Counted from the stretch's first letter, positions 19,758 through 28,190 are shown. The stretch is 64,000 nt of DNA from Ilumatobacteraceae bacterium (GCA_035432905.1 DAORTY010000001.1:20235-84234); one strand, 5' to 3'. A program made the numbers and translations. The notes: generated from the sequence alone by a model not told the origin.

Positions 19758-20062
19758 ACGAACCTATGGACACGCTGTCGGACCGGATGCGACAGCTGCA
19801 TGGTGCTGGATGGATCACGCAGCTCTCGGTCACCGACGCCGGTCTCAGTTGCGACAGCTGTGGCTGCTGGACCGCGCCCGAGGAGGCGGCGGTCGACGAG
19901 GTGTACCGCTTCGAAGGGATGAGCGACCCGGGTGACGAGTCGATCCTGTTCGCGTTGACGTTGCCGTGTGGTCATCGTGGCCAGCTCCCGGCGGCATACG
20001 GATCCGACACGATGCCCGACGTCATCGACGTCGTGAAGCGGCTGCGGCTGGCCCGCGACTGA
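19754..20062 (+). CDS. Hypothetical small Cys-rich protein (102 aa)
   Basis: ATGA overlap with the NMO gene. It contains CDSCGC and LPCGH. No family recognised. Confidence 0.45.
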   Translation: MNEPMDTLSDRMRQLHGAGWITQLSVTDAGLSCDSCGCWTAPEEAAVDEVYRFEGMSDPGDESILFALTLPCGHRGQLPAAYGSDTMPDVIDVVKRLRLARD

Positions 20063-20078
20063 CCCTCAGGTCGGCGCG

Positions 20079-20423
20079 TTAGCCCAGCGCAGCTTTGAGT
20101 CGTGCGACGTGCTCGGCACGAACGAAGTACCAGGCCCACGTGCCGCGCTTCTCGCTCATCACGAGGCCGGCCTCACGCAGGATCTTCAAGTGGTGACTGA
20201 CGGTTGGCTGCGACCGACCGGAGGGTTCCACGAGATCACAGACACAGGCCCCGCTGGCACCGCCCGCGGCGATCATCGACAACAGGTGCAATCGGATCGG
20301 GTCGGCCAGTGCGTGGAAGCCCTTGGAGAGTTCCGCTGCGTCGGCCACGTCGAAGTGATCGCTGCCCAGCGGCTCGCAGCACGCTGCTGATACGGCGGGC
20401 TCGAGTGAAAGTTTCTTCGTCAT
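20079..20423 (-). CDS. arsR: ArsR/SmtB-family metalloregulator
   Basis: ORF 20079..20450(-) taken from ATG 20423 (GGAG 7 nt upstream). It has LADPIRLHLL, the metal-site ACVCDL, and the recognition helix QPTVSHHLKILREAGLV. Confidence 0.85.
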   Translation of the reverse strand: MTKKLSLEPAVSAACCEPLGSDHFDVADAAELSKGFHALADPIRLHLLSMIAAGGASGACVCDLVEPSGRSQPTVSHHLKILREAGLVMSEKRGTWAWYFVRAEHVARLKAALG

Positions 20424-20438
20424 TTCAGTCTCCAACAT

Positions 20439-20489
20439 ATTGACAATCATCGATATATGCGTACACTGCGAATATCGACAATCGTCAAT
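20439..20489. promoter_or_regulatory. Divergent promoter/operator: 18-nt imperfect inverted repeat pair between arsR and arsI/cadI
   Basis: ATTGACAATCATCGATAT (20439-20456) and ATATCGACAATCGTCAAT (20472-20489) are reverse complements at 15 of 18 positions. TTGACA (20440-20445) plus a 16-nt spacer plus TACACT forms a sigma70-like promoter for the + strand genes. The mirror half carries TTGACG for arsR. Confidence 0.6.
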
Positions 20490-20510
20490 CTAGCTGATAG
20501 GAACTCTCCC

Positions 20511-20909
20511 ATGTCACGAGTACAACTCGCCCTCAACGTGAACGACATCGACGCCGCGATCGACTTCTATTCGAAGCTGTTCGGCACCGAGCCGGCAAAG
20601 GTCCGGCCCGGCTACGCCAACTTCGCGATTGCCGAGCCGCCGCTGAAGCTGGTGCTCATCGAGAATCAGGGGCAGGGGGGCACGCTCAACCACCTCGGGG
20701 TCGAGGTCGAGAACACCGACATCGTGAACGAGGCCATTGTTCGCCTGCGCGGCGAAGGCCTCGTCACCGACGTCGAGGAGAACACCACCTGCTGCTACGC
20801 GGTGCAGGACAAGGTGTGGGTCCACGGGCCCGACGCCGAGCCGTGGGAGGTCTACACGGTGCTCGCCGATGCCGCGGTCTTCCATCCGGTGCCGGCAGCG
20901 TGTTGCTGA
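20511..20909 (+). CDS. ArsI/CadI-family VOC (glyoxalase-fold) protein
   Basis: ORF 20457..20909 taken from ATG 20511 (MSRVQLALNVNDIDAAIDFYSKLFG). It has the vicinal Cys pair TTCCYAVQDKVW and a C-terminal CC. It sits between arsR and acr3. Confidence 0.75.
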   Translation: MSRVQLALNVNDIDAAIDFYSKLFGTEPAKVRPGYANFAIAEPPLKLVLIENQGQGGTLNHLGVEVENTDIVNEAIVRLRGEGLVTDVEENTTCCYAVQDKVWVHGPDAEPWEVYTVLADAAVFHPVPAACC

Positions 20910-20913
20910 CCAC

Positions 20914-22002
20914 ATGGAAGCAACTGACCACACGAGAGTGACCTCCGAGGCCGTCGTCGCACCGGGCAGACTCTCGACGCTCGACCGTCTGCTGCCGCTG
21001 TGGATCGGGATCGCGATGCTGTCCGGGCTGGTGCTCGGGCGGGCCTTCCCCGGCCTCGACGACACGTTGGATCGTATGAAGGTGGGGACGGTCAGCCTGC
21101 CGATCGCGCTCGGTCTGCTGCTGATGATGTATCCGGTCCTGGCGAAGGTGAAGTACACGCGCATCGGCCATGTCGTCACCGATCATCGCTCGCTGGGGCT
21201 GTCACTGGTGATGAACTGGCTGGTCGGCCCGGCCGTGATGTTCACTCTCGCATGGCTGATGCTGTCGGACCTGCCCGCATACCGCACGGGCCTGATCATC
21301 GTCGGCCTGGCCAGGTGCATCGCCATGGTGCTCATCTGGAACGACCTGGCCTGCGGCAACCGAGAGCTTGCCGCAGTGCTCGTCGCCATCAACTCGATCT
21401 TCCAGATCGTTGCGTTCTCCCTATTGGGCTGGTTCTACCTCGATGTGCTGCCAGGGTGGCTCGGCCTCGGCAGCGATGACATCGGTGTCACGGTCTGGGA
21501 GATCGCCAAGAGTGTGCTCGTCTTCCTCGGCGTTCCGCTCGTTGCCGGCTTCCTCACCCGGACGTTCGGTGAACGCGCTCGAGGGGTCGAGTGGTACGAG
21601 CAGCGCTTCATTCCGCGCATCGCACCCATTGCGCTGTACGGATTGCTGTTCACGATCGTCGTTCTGTTCGCCCTGCAAGGCGAAACGATCACCGACCGGC
21701 CACTCGACGTCGCCCGCATCGCGCTGCCGTTGCTCGTCTACTTCGCGGTGATGTGGTTCGGAACGTTCGCGCTCGGCCTGCGAATGGGGCTGCCGTACGA
21801 CCGGAACGCGTCGATCGCGTTCACCGCTGCCGGCAACAACTTCGAGTTGGCGATCGCGGTGGCGATCAGCGTGTTCGGCGTCTCGTCCGGACAGGCGCTC
21901 GCCGGCGTCGTCGGCCCGCTGATCGAAGTGCCGGTGCTCGTTGGATTGGTGTACGTTTCCCTCGCTGCTCGTCGGCGCTACTATCCCGAACGTCGGACGT
22001 GA
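20914..22002 (+). CDS. acr3: ACR3-family arsenite efflux transporter
   Basis: ORF 20737..22002 taken from ATG 20914. It has LSTLDRLLPLWIGIAM, YPVLAKVKY and the conserved GLARCIAMVLIWN motif. Confidence 0.9.
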   Translation: MEATDHTRVTSEAVVAPGRLSTLDRLLPLWIGIAMLSGLVLGRAFPGLDDTLDRMKVGTVSLPIALGLLLMMYPVLAKVKYTRIGHVVTDHRSLGLSLVMNWLVGPAVMFTLAWLMLSDLPAYRTGLIIVGLARCIAMVLIWNDLACGNRELAAVLVAINSIFQIVAFSLLGWFYLDVLPGWLGLGSDDIGVTVWEIAKSVLVFLGVPLVAGFLTRTFGERARGVEWYEQRFIPRIAPIALYGLLFTIVVLFALQGETITDRPLDVARIALPLLVYFAVMWFGTFALGLRMGLPYDRNASIAFTAAGNNFELAIAVAISVFGVSSGQALAGVVGPLIEVPVLVGLVYVSLAARRRYYPERRT

Positions 22003-22134
22003 GCCCGTATACTTCCGCCAAGTGCTAGAAATAGTGCTGGTCAGTTGGATAGGGGCACGATGGTTGATCCACAGCGCGAACAGGAAGTGGTCCGTCGACC
22101 CGCGCTCGGTCGCGATCGACCGGCTCATCCGACG

Positions 22135-22215
22135 ATGAAGGCAAATCTCCTGATGGCCGGTGTGGTGCTGCTGTTGATCCTTCTCGCAGTCTCCAGCACG
22201 GTTGGTGGTCGATGA
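22135..22215 (+). CDS. Possible 26-aa hydrophobic micro-ORF, translationally coupled to the downstream regulator
   Basis: Manual translation gives MKANLLMAGVVLLLILLAVSSTVGGR*. Its TGA overlaps ATG 22212 as ATGA. It is below the ORF-track size cutoff and has no clear RBS. Confidence 0.25.
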   Translation: MKANLLMAGVVLLLILLAVSSTVGGR

Positions 22216-22859
22216 CCGGCCTGCAGCACCAGGCTCGGGCGCTCGGTGATCCGACGCGCCACGAGCTGTTCCGCTTCATCGTCGACGCCGGCCATCCGGT
22301 CGACGTCGCCCAGCTCACCGCACACCTCGGGCTCCATCACAACGCAATCCGCCAGCACCTCGCGAAGCTGGTCGATGCAGGGCTCGTGGTCGAGTCCACC
22401 GCGCCGCCGGCGGGTCGCGGTCGGCCACGTCTGCAGTACACCTTGAACCCGTCCGCCGACAGCCGCTGGGGCGTCACCGGCCCCTACGAGCGGTTGGCAC
22501 TGCTCCTGACGGAGATCATCCGTACCGGCGACTCGGCGGTCGAGGTCGGTCGGCGAGCTGGGCGCCGGTCGACGGGGTTCGCGAGCAGCGGCGCCGACCC
22601 GGTGGATGCGTTGGTGGGCGCAATGGCGCGACACGGCTTCGAACCTGAAGCGAAACGAAGTGGGAATCAGGTCGACATCGTTCTTGGGGCGTGTCCGTTC
22701 GAGACCACTGCGCTGGTCGATCCCGAGACCGTCTGTGGTTTGCACCTCGGGCTGGCATACGGGGCCAGCGATGCCGTCGGCGGGCTCGTCGTCGATGAGC
22801 TGCTGACGCGCGACCCGCGTCGCGGTGCCTGCCGCCTGCGCTGCCACATCGAAACCTGA
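22212..22859 (+). CDS. Winged-helix (ArsR-like) transcriptional regulator with a Cys-containing C-terminal domain
   Basis: 215 aa. It has LGDPTRHELFRFIV and LHHNAIRQHLAKLVDAGLV. The C-terminal part is GACPFETTALVDPETVCGLHLG...GACRLRCH. Confidence 0.65.
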   Translation: MTGLQHQARALGDPTRHELFRFIVDAGHPVDVAQLTAHLGLHHNAIRQHLAKLVDAGLVVESTAPPAGRGRPRLQYTLNPSADSRWGVTGPYERLALLLTEIIRTGDSAVEVGRRAGRRSTGFASSGADPVDALVGAMARHGFEPEAKRSGNQVDIVLGACPFETTALVDPETVCGLHLGLAYGASDAVGGLVVDELLTRDPRRGACRLRCHIET

Positions 22860-22878
22860 GCCCGGACGCATCATCGGG

Positions 22879-23148
22879 TCAGTGACCGCGCTTGTTGGCG
22901 GCGCGGTACACGAGCAAGGCGATGATCGAACCGACGATCGAGCCGATGATGCCCGAGGCTTGAAAGGCTCCATCGTTGGCATCGTTGCGGAACAGCACGT
23001 AGCCGAGGAAGCCGCCGACGAACGAGCCCACGATTCCTAACAGCAGGGTGGCGCCGACGCTCATCGCGTCGCGGCCGGGAACGAGTGCGCGGGCAACGAA
23101 GCCGCCGATGAGTCCTACGACGAGCAGGAAAAGAATAAAACCGATCAT
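22879..23148 (-). CDS. GlsB/YeaQ/YmgE (transglycosylase-associated) stress membrane protein
   Basis: ORF 22879..23292(-) taken from ATG 23148: MIGFILFLLVVGLIGGFVARALVPGRDAMSVGATLLLGIVGSFVGGFLG. Confidence 0.8.
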   Translation of the reverse strand: MIGFILFLLVVGLIGGFVARALVPGRDAMSVGATLLLGIVGSFVGGFLGYVLFRNDANDGAFQASGIIGSIVGSIIALLVYRAANKRGH

Positions 23149-23296
23149 GTGTCTCTCCTTGGATGATGACGGCGCTGCGAGGCGACGTCGTTGCGAACTT
23201 GGATTCGGTTCCCCCGTGTCACCGACTTCAAACACGAATGTCTTGCGAACGCTCGCGGGGGGTATCCCTCCAGCAACTCGACAAGGAGGCATTCAA

Positions 23297-23875
23297 ATGT
23301 CACTGGACAACAGCAAGGCCCTTGATACGTCGCAGGCTGCAGCGCCCGAAGAGAACGCTCGGCCCAACGAGCGTCGCTGGCCGCACATGCGCGTGTTGGT
23401 TGCCGTCGACGACGGCGAGACATCGCGCCGAGCGGCACGCGTGGCCCGCGATCTGTTCGGCGAACACGCCGACTACTGGGTGGTCAGTGTTGGCGACCCA
23501 GATCTCGTGCTCTGGCGCGACATGCCGATGGCATGGGGTGTTCCGTACCCCGTCATGCTCATGGGCGGTGCTGAGGGCGAGGTCTTCGGCGACCGAGCCG
23601 ATGTCGGCCCCCACGGCCTGGAAGAGACCGACAATGCAGAGCGAGCGCGCGAGACTGCTCAACAAGTCGCCGATGACGTGGCGCTACCCGATGCGACGCC
23701 GCTCGGCGCGACGGGCGACCCGGCGGCGAAGATCAAGCACGTCGCCGACGAACATGACGTGGACGTCATCGTGGTGGGCTGGCACGAAGCGTCCTGGTGG
23801 CGGAGAATCGTCGAGCCGTCGGTACCCAAGGAGGTCCTGCGTCACGTCGACCGCCCTGTCCTGGTGGTTCCCTGA
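23297..23875 (+). CDS. Universal stress protein (UspA family)
   Basis: ORF 23048..23875 taken from ATG 23297 (AAGGAGG upstream). It has MRVLVAVDDGETS and DVDVIVVGWHE...VLRHVDRPVLVV. Confidence 0.75.
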   Translation: MSLDNSKALDTSQAAAPEENARPNERRWPHMRVLVAVDDGETSRRAARVARDLFGEHADYWVVSVGDPDLVLWRDMPMAWGVPYPVMLMGGAEGEVFGDRADVGPHGLEETDNAERARETAQQVADDVALPDATPLGATGDPAAKIKHVADEHDVDVIVVGWHEASWWRRIVEPSVPKEVLRHVDRPVLVVP

Positions 23876-23899
23876 CGTCATCGGTGCCAGAATGGATCG

Positions 23900-24379
23900 A
23901 TGCGCGACATCGAGGAGACCTTGCTTCCAGGAGTAGGCGTTCGGCACGAGTTCACCACCATCGGGAACGAGCGACTGGCCCTACTCACGCACCGCACCGG
24001 TCGACGTGAGCTCGCCGTGTACGAGCGCGACGATCCGGACCGCTGCCACACGGTCCTGCACCTGAGCGCCGAGGACACGGTCACGCTCGGCGAGCTTCTC
24101 GGTACGAACCAGGTGAGTTCGACGGTTGCGGCCGTTCAACGCCTGGACGGTGTGGCGATGGATTGGCTCGACGTACCGAGTGGGTCGCAGCAGGTCGGCC
24201 GGACGATCGGTGATGGCCAGTACCGCACGAAAACGGGCGCCTCCATCGTTGCGATTGTCCGCGGCGATACCACCATGCCGGCACCAGGTCCCGAGACCGC
24301 CTTCGAGGCCGGTGATGTCGTCGTTGCAGTCGGCACGAGCACGGGGCTCCAGCAACTGCGCGATCTGCTGGTGTCGTGA
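23900..24379 (+). CDS. Cation:proton antiporter regulatory subunit (TrkA-C/RCK_C domain, KhtT-like)
   Basis: 159 aa. It has LPGVGVRHEF and the C-terminal RCK_C block TGASIVAIVRGDTTMPAPGPETAFEAGDVVVAVG. There is an ATGA-type overlap with the antiporter gene. Confidence 0.75.
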   Translation: MRDIEETLLPGVGVRHEFTTIGNERLALLTHRTGRRELAVYERDDPDRCHTVLHLSAEDTVTLGELLGTNQVSSTVAAVQRLDGVAMDWLDVPSGSQQVGRTIGDGQYRTKTGASIVAIVRGDTTMPAPGPETAFEAGDVVVAVGTSTGLQQLRDLLVS

Positions 24380-25584
24380 TCGGTGCCGTGGTCATCGGCG
24401 CCGCCAGTGCCGATGTCGCTGCTTCGTTCATCGAGATCGGCGCCGTTGCGATGGTCCTGGCGCTCCTGGCGAGGATTGCTGGGAGGCTCGGTTTCACGGC
24501 AATTCCCCTGTACCTGATCGCGGGCCTCGCTGTGGGGGAGGGAGGGCTGCTCCCACTCGACGTGAGTCACGATTTCATCCAGTCCGTCGCCGAGATCGGC
24601 GTGTTGTTGTTGTTGCTCACCCTTGGTCTCGAGTACTCGCCAGACGAGTTGCGCCACGGGCTTCGAAGTGGCGTCGGCACGGGTCTCGTGGATGCCGTCG
24701 CCAACTTTCTGCCTGGTTTTGGAGCCGGGCTGTTGTTGGGGTGGTCGCCGACGGCGGCGGTTCTCCTCGGTGGGGTCAGCTGGGTCAGCTCCTCGGGAAT
24801 CATCGCGAAAGTTCTCTCTGACCTGGACCGGCTGAACAACCGCGAGACGCCGACCATCCTCAACCTGCTTGTCATCGAGGACCTTGCGATGGCACTGTTC
24901 CTGCCCGTTGCCTCGGCGCTGGTGGTCGGGCGGGCACTTGGGCCCACGATCGGCACGATTGCGATTGCCCTCGCCGCCGTCGGGGTCATCATGGTCCTTG
25001 CACTGCGGTTCGGCGGGCGGCTGAGCACCTTCTTGAATCGGGGAGCCGACGAACCGCTCCTGCTCGCCGTCTTCGGACTCACGCTGGTCGTGGGCGGTCT
25101 CGCCCAGAAGGTGGAAGTGTCGGCTGCCATCGGCGCGTTTCTCGTGGGGCTCGCGTTGTCGGGGCCCGTGCAAGAGCGAGCCAGCGAGCTCATCCGGCCG
25201 CTGCGCGACCTGTTCGCTGCCGTATTCTTCGTCTTCTTCTCGTTTCAGATCGACCCGGCGGTGCTGCTCGACTCGATCGCTCCGGCAGCCGGCCTCGCCG
25301 TCGTCGCCATCGCCACCAAGATTGCGACCGGCTGGTACGCGGCGAGTCGCGCCGGTGTCGGCTCGGCGGGTCGTCTTCGGTCCGGCGTGACGCTCGCTGC
25401 CCGTGGTGAGTTCTCGATCGTGATCGCCAGCCTGGGTGCCACGCTGAGCGATGGGACGCAACTCGGAGCTGTTGCGGCAGGGTTCGTGTTGATCACGGCC
25501 CTGTTCAGCCCCATCGCGGCGCGCTTTGCGGGTCGCCAGTCAACGCGCCGTCCCGGCCCGGCGGTACCTGTCGTCACGACGTGA
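24376..25584 (+). CDS. CPA2-family cation:proton antiporter (Kef/KhtU-like)
   Basis: 402 aa with about 12 TM. It has IPLYLIAGLAVGEGGL and LLLLTLGLEYS, typical of Na_H_Exchanger-family proteins. Confidence 0.8.
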   Translation: MIGAVVIGAASADVAASFIEIGAVAMVLALLARIAGRLGFTAIPLYLIAGLAVGEGGLLPLDVSHDFIQSVAEIGVLLLLLTLGLEYSPDELRHGLRSGVGTGLVDAVANFLPGFGAGLLLGWSPTAAVLLGGVSWVSSSGIIAKVLSDLDRLNNRETPTILNLLVIEDLAMALFLPVASALVVGRALGPTIGTIAIALAAVGVIMVLALRFGGRLSTFLNRGADEPLLLAVFGLTLVVGGLAQKVEVSAAIGAFLVGLALSGPVQERASELIRPLRDLFAAVFFVFFSFQIDPAVLLDSIAPAAGLAVVAIATKIATGWYAASRAGVGSAGRLRSGVTLAARGEFSIVIASLGATLSDGTQLGAVAAGFVLITALFSPIAARFAGRQSTRRPGPAVPVVTT

Positions 25585-25607
25585 CCGACCCTGCTGGTCC
25601 CCACAAC

Positions 25608-25623
25608 ATACCCCTCCCCGTAT
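25608..25623. promoter_or_regulatory. Degenerate CsoR-type operator candidate upstream of the CsoR-family gene
   Basis: ATACCCCTCCCCGTAT has matching ATAC/GTAT ends but a non-palindromic C-rich core. It lies 33 nt upstream of the TTG start at 25656. Confidence 0.35.
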
Positions 25624-25655
25624 AGCATCGGGCTCGACGGCCAATCGGAAGGACA

Positions 25656-25931
25656 TTGATTGTGGAGCTGCCCGCAGAGACGATTGAAGGTTTGACCAGG
25701 CGCCTCAAGCGTGCGGAGGGCCAGGTGCGGGGTGTGCAGCAGATGCTGGCGGAAGGCCGTGACTGTCGTGAGATTCTCACGCAACTGTCAGCGGTCACCA
25801 AGGCTCTCGAGCAGGCCGGCTTCCTGCTCGTCGCTGCCGGCCTGACCTGGTGTGTCGCCGATCCGGAGCGCGCGGCCGCAGAGGGGTACGCGCTCGAGGA
25901 TGTCCAGAAGATGTTCATGAAGCTCGCCTGA
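25656..25931 (+). CDS. CsoR/RcnR/FrmR-family (DUF156) repressor with an x-C-x-C fingerprint (CstR-like persulfide-sensor type)
   Basis: 91 aa with a TTG start. LKRAEGQVRGVQQMLAEGRDCREILTQLSAV contains Cys37, and GLTWCV contains Cys66. The Cys-Cys spacing is 29. The position four residues before the second Cys is Gly, not the Cu-ligand His of CsoR. Confidence 0.75.
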   Translation: MIVELPAETIEGLTRRLKRAEGQVRGVQQMLAEGRDCREILTQLSAVTKALEQAGFLLVAAGLTWCVADPERAAAEGYALEDVQKMFMKLA

Positions 25932-25966
25932 CCCTGTTCTTCCTGGTTGTCGGGGTTGGTGAAGAA

Positions 25967-25982
25967 ATACCCTGGGGGGTAT
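25967..25982. promoter_or_regulatory. CsoR/CstR-type operator upstream of the MMPL gene
   Basis: ATACCCTGGGGGGTAT is followed by TATTC and is nearly identical to the site at 30527-30542. It lies inside the annotated N-terminus of ORF 25947..28190, so the true MMPL start must be downstream. Confidence 0.6.
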
Positions 25983-26015
25983 TATTCGAAGGGTTCGTCC
26001 TACCGAGGAGACCCA

Positions 26016-28190
26016 TTGAGCACCGTCATCGACACTTCATCGTCGTCCGGCCACGAGCCATCGCTGATGCCTGACGAACGAGCCCTGTTCTCGCGATTGG
26101 CCGCCTCGATGGCTCGACATCGTCGGCTGGTACTCGCGGTGTGGTTGATGCTCACCGTTGCGGCGGCGCCGCTTGCACTTACGCTGACCAAGTCGCTCTC
26201 CGGCGCCGGCTGGGATGCCAAGGGTTCGACCGCCGAGCGGGTCCGTATGGAGCTCCGTGCCGACTTCCCGGCGCTGGGTGCAGAGAACCCGGTGGTGGTG
26301 TTCCATCGGTCGAGCCCCATCGCTGATGATCCCAGCGGGTTCTCCGCGCTGGTCGAGGAGCTTGCTGGCGGGCCCAAGGTGCTGTCGGTCGCGAATCCGT
26401 TGTCGATGCCACCCGATGCCGGGATGATCTCGCGCGATGGGCTCACCGCGCTGATCCCCGTCGAGCAGCGAGTCGGCGCCGACGCCGACCGACCTGTGGC
26501 AGCGGGCGAGCTGGGAACGTTCGTGAAAAGTCTCGAGCTTCCCGCCGGCTCGACGGCAAACGTCACGGGTGAGTGGCCGGTGTGGAGCGACTTCAACAAG
26601 ATGAACGAGGAGGCCCTCCACAAAGCAGAGCTGCTTTCGGGCTTGCCGACGCTCATCATGCTGTTCATCGCCTTCGGTGCAATGCTCGCTGCCGGCATCC
26701 CGCTGGTGCTGGCAATCGCCGGTATCGCCACAGGGTTCGCGACTCTGCACATGCTGTCGTGGATCACGCCGGTGTCGGTGTGGTCGATGAACTTCTCGAT
26801 GATGATCGGTCTCGCGGTCGGTATCGACTACAGCCTGTTCATCGTCAGTCGCTACCGCGAGGAACGACTCGAGGGTAAGGACCCCATCGCCGCGATCGAG
26901 AACACGATGTCGACCTCCGGTAAAGCGGTCTTCCTGTCGGCACTGACGGTGGTCCTGTCGCTGTCGGCGGTGTTCCTGGTGCCTGTCATGGTGTTCCAGA
27001 CGATGGCGCTCGGCATGATCATCTCGGTCATCGCCGTCGCCCTCGCCGCGCTCACACTGTTGCCCGCCGTGCTCATCGCCATGGGCGACAAGGTGCTGGT
27101 GGCGCGAGGAAAGAAGGACCCTGACATCGAGGCCGAAGGTCGCTGGGCCAGGTGGACCGGGGTTGCGCTGCGGCGCCCGGGCATGGTCCTGGCCATCGGC
27201 CTCGTGCTGCTCGGCGCACTCATCATCCCGTCGTTCGGGATGAAGCTGGGCATGCCCGGCGCTCGTGTCGTGGATGAGGGCCGCACCAGCCGCGACGGCT
27301 ACGAGCAGCTGATCGCGGATTTCGGTCCGGGTGCAGCAGCACCGGCGTTCGTCACCGTGAACACCGATGATGCGCAGGCCGTCATCGCCACCGCCACGGG
27401 CGTGGCGAACGTGGTCGACGCCCGCATCGTGACCGAGATGGCGACCACTGGAAGAGTCGTGGTGCGTGTCATCCCGGGCACTGCGATCGACGATCCGGCC
27501 ACCTTCGACATGGTCGGCAATCTGCGCAGCCAACTCGACACCACCGTGCCGAACGCGCACGTCGGTGGGCCGGCAGCGCAGAACCATGACCTGACCAACG
27601 TGCTCACCGACCGAGCCCCTTATGCCATCGGCATCATCTTGATTGTTGCCTTCATGCTGCTGCTCGTCGTCTTCCGCAGCATCGTCATCGCGACCTTCTC
27701 GATCGTGATGAACCTGCTGACGGTGGGTGCCGCTTTCGGCTTCGCCACGATCGTGTTCCAACACGGCTTCGCGTCGTCCCTCATCGGGTTCCAGTCGCAG
27801 GGGTTCGTCGACGCGTGGGCACCGCTGTTCTTCTTCGCGCTGCTCTTCGGGCTGTCGATGGACTACCAGCTGTTTCTGCTGGCGGCGATCAAGGAACGCC
27901 ACCAGGCGACCGGTGACACGCTTCGGGCAGTTCGTGAGGGCATTGCCCGCACGGGCCGACCGATCACGAACGCCGCTGCCATCATGATCATCGTCTTCAT
28001 CGCATTCGGCGTGACAGGGCCGATCCCACCCACCGAACTCGGATTGACATTGGCGATGGCAGTTTTCCTCGATGCGACGGTGGTTCGAGTCATGCTGGTT
28101 CCGGCGACGATGGCCCTGCTCGGCGAGAAGAGCTGGTACGCCCCAAAGTGGCTGCTCAAGATCCTCCCGCACGTGAACTTCAAGCACTGA
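26016..28190 (+). CDS. MMPL-family (RND superfamily) transporter
   Basis: ORF 25947..28190. 12 TM in a 1+5 / 1+5 layout with two extracytoplasmic loops. The N-terminus LFSRLAASMARHRRLVLAVWLML is typical of the family. I chose TTG 26016 as the start (GAGGAG 5 nt upstream); ATG 26067 is the alternative. Confidence 0.8.
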   Translation: MSTVIDTSSSSGHEPSLMPDERALFSRLAASMARHRRLVLAVWLMLTVAAAPLALTLTKSLSGAGWDAKGSTAERVRMELRADFPALGAENPVVVFHRSSPIADDPSGFSALVEELAGGPKVLSVANPLSMPPDAGMISRDGLTALIPVEQRVGADADRPVAAGELGTFVKSLELPAGSTANVTGEWPVWSDFNKMNEEALHKAELLSGLPTLIMLFIAFGAMLAAGIPLVLAIAGIATGFATLHMLSWITPVSVWSMNFSMMIGLAVGIDYSLFIVSRYREERLEGKDPIAAIENTMSTSGKAVFLSALTVVLSLSAVFLVPVMVFQTMALGMIISVIAVALAALTLLPAVLIAMGDKVLVARGKKDPDIEAEGRWARWTGVALRRPGMVLAIGLVLLGALIIPSFGMKLGMPGARVVDEGRTSRDGYEQLIADFGPGAAAPAFVTVNTDDAQAVIATATGVANVVDARIVTEMATTGRVVVRVIPGTAIDDPATFDMVGNLRSQLDTTVPNAHVGGPAAQNHDLTNVLTDRAPYAIGIILIVAFMLLLVVFRSIVIATFSIVMNLLTVGAAFGFATIVFQHGFASSLIGFQSQGFVDAWAPLFFFALLFGLSMDYQLFLLAAIKERHQATGDTLRAVREGIARTGRPITNAAAIMIIVFIAFGVTGPIPPTELGLTLAMAVFLDATVVRVMLVPATMALLGEKSWYAPKWLLKILPHVNFKH

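Noticed and set aside
24136-25461. 441-aa minus-strand ORF. Similar long antisense ORFs lie at 48002..49342, 56086..57405, 60266..61837 and 62000..63079
   Set aside because: All are antisense to genes with clear family motifs (CPA2 antiporter, GDE, BVMO, ureC, aguA). All have the charged, low-complexity composition expected of non-coding frames in GC-rich DNA.
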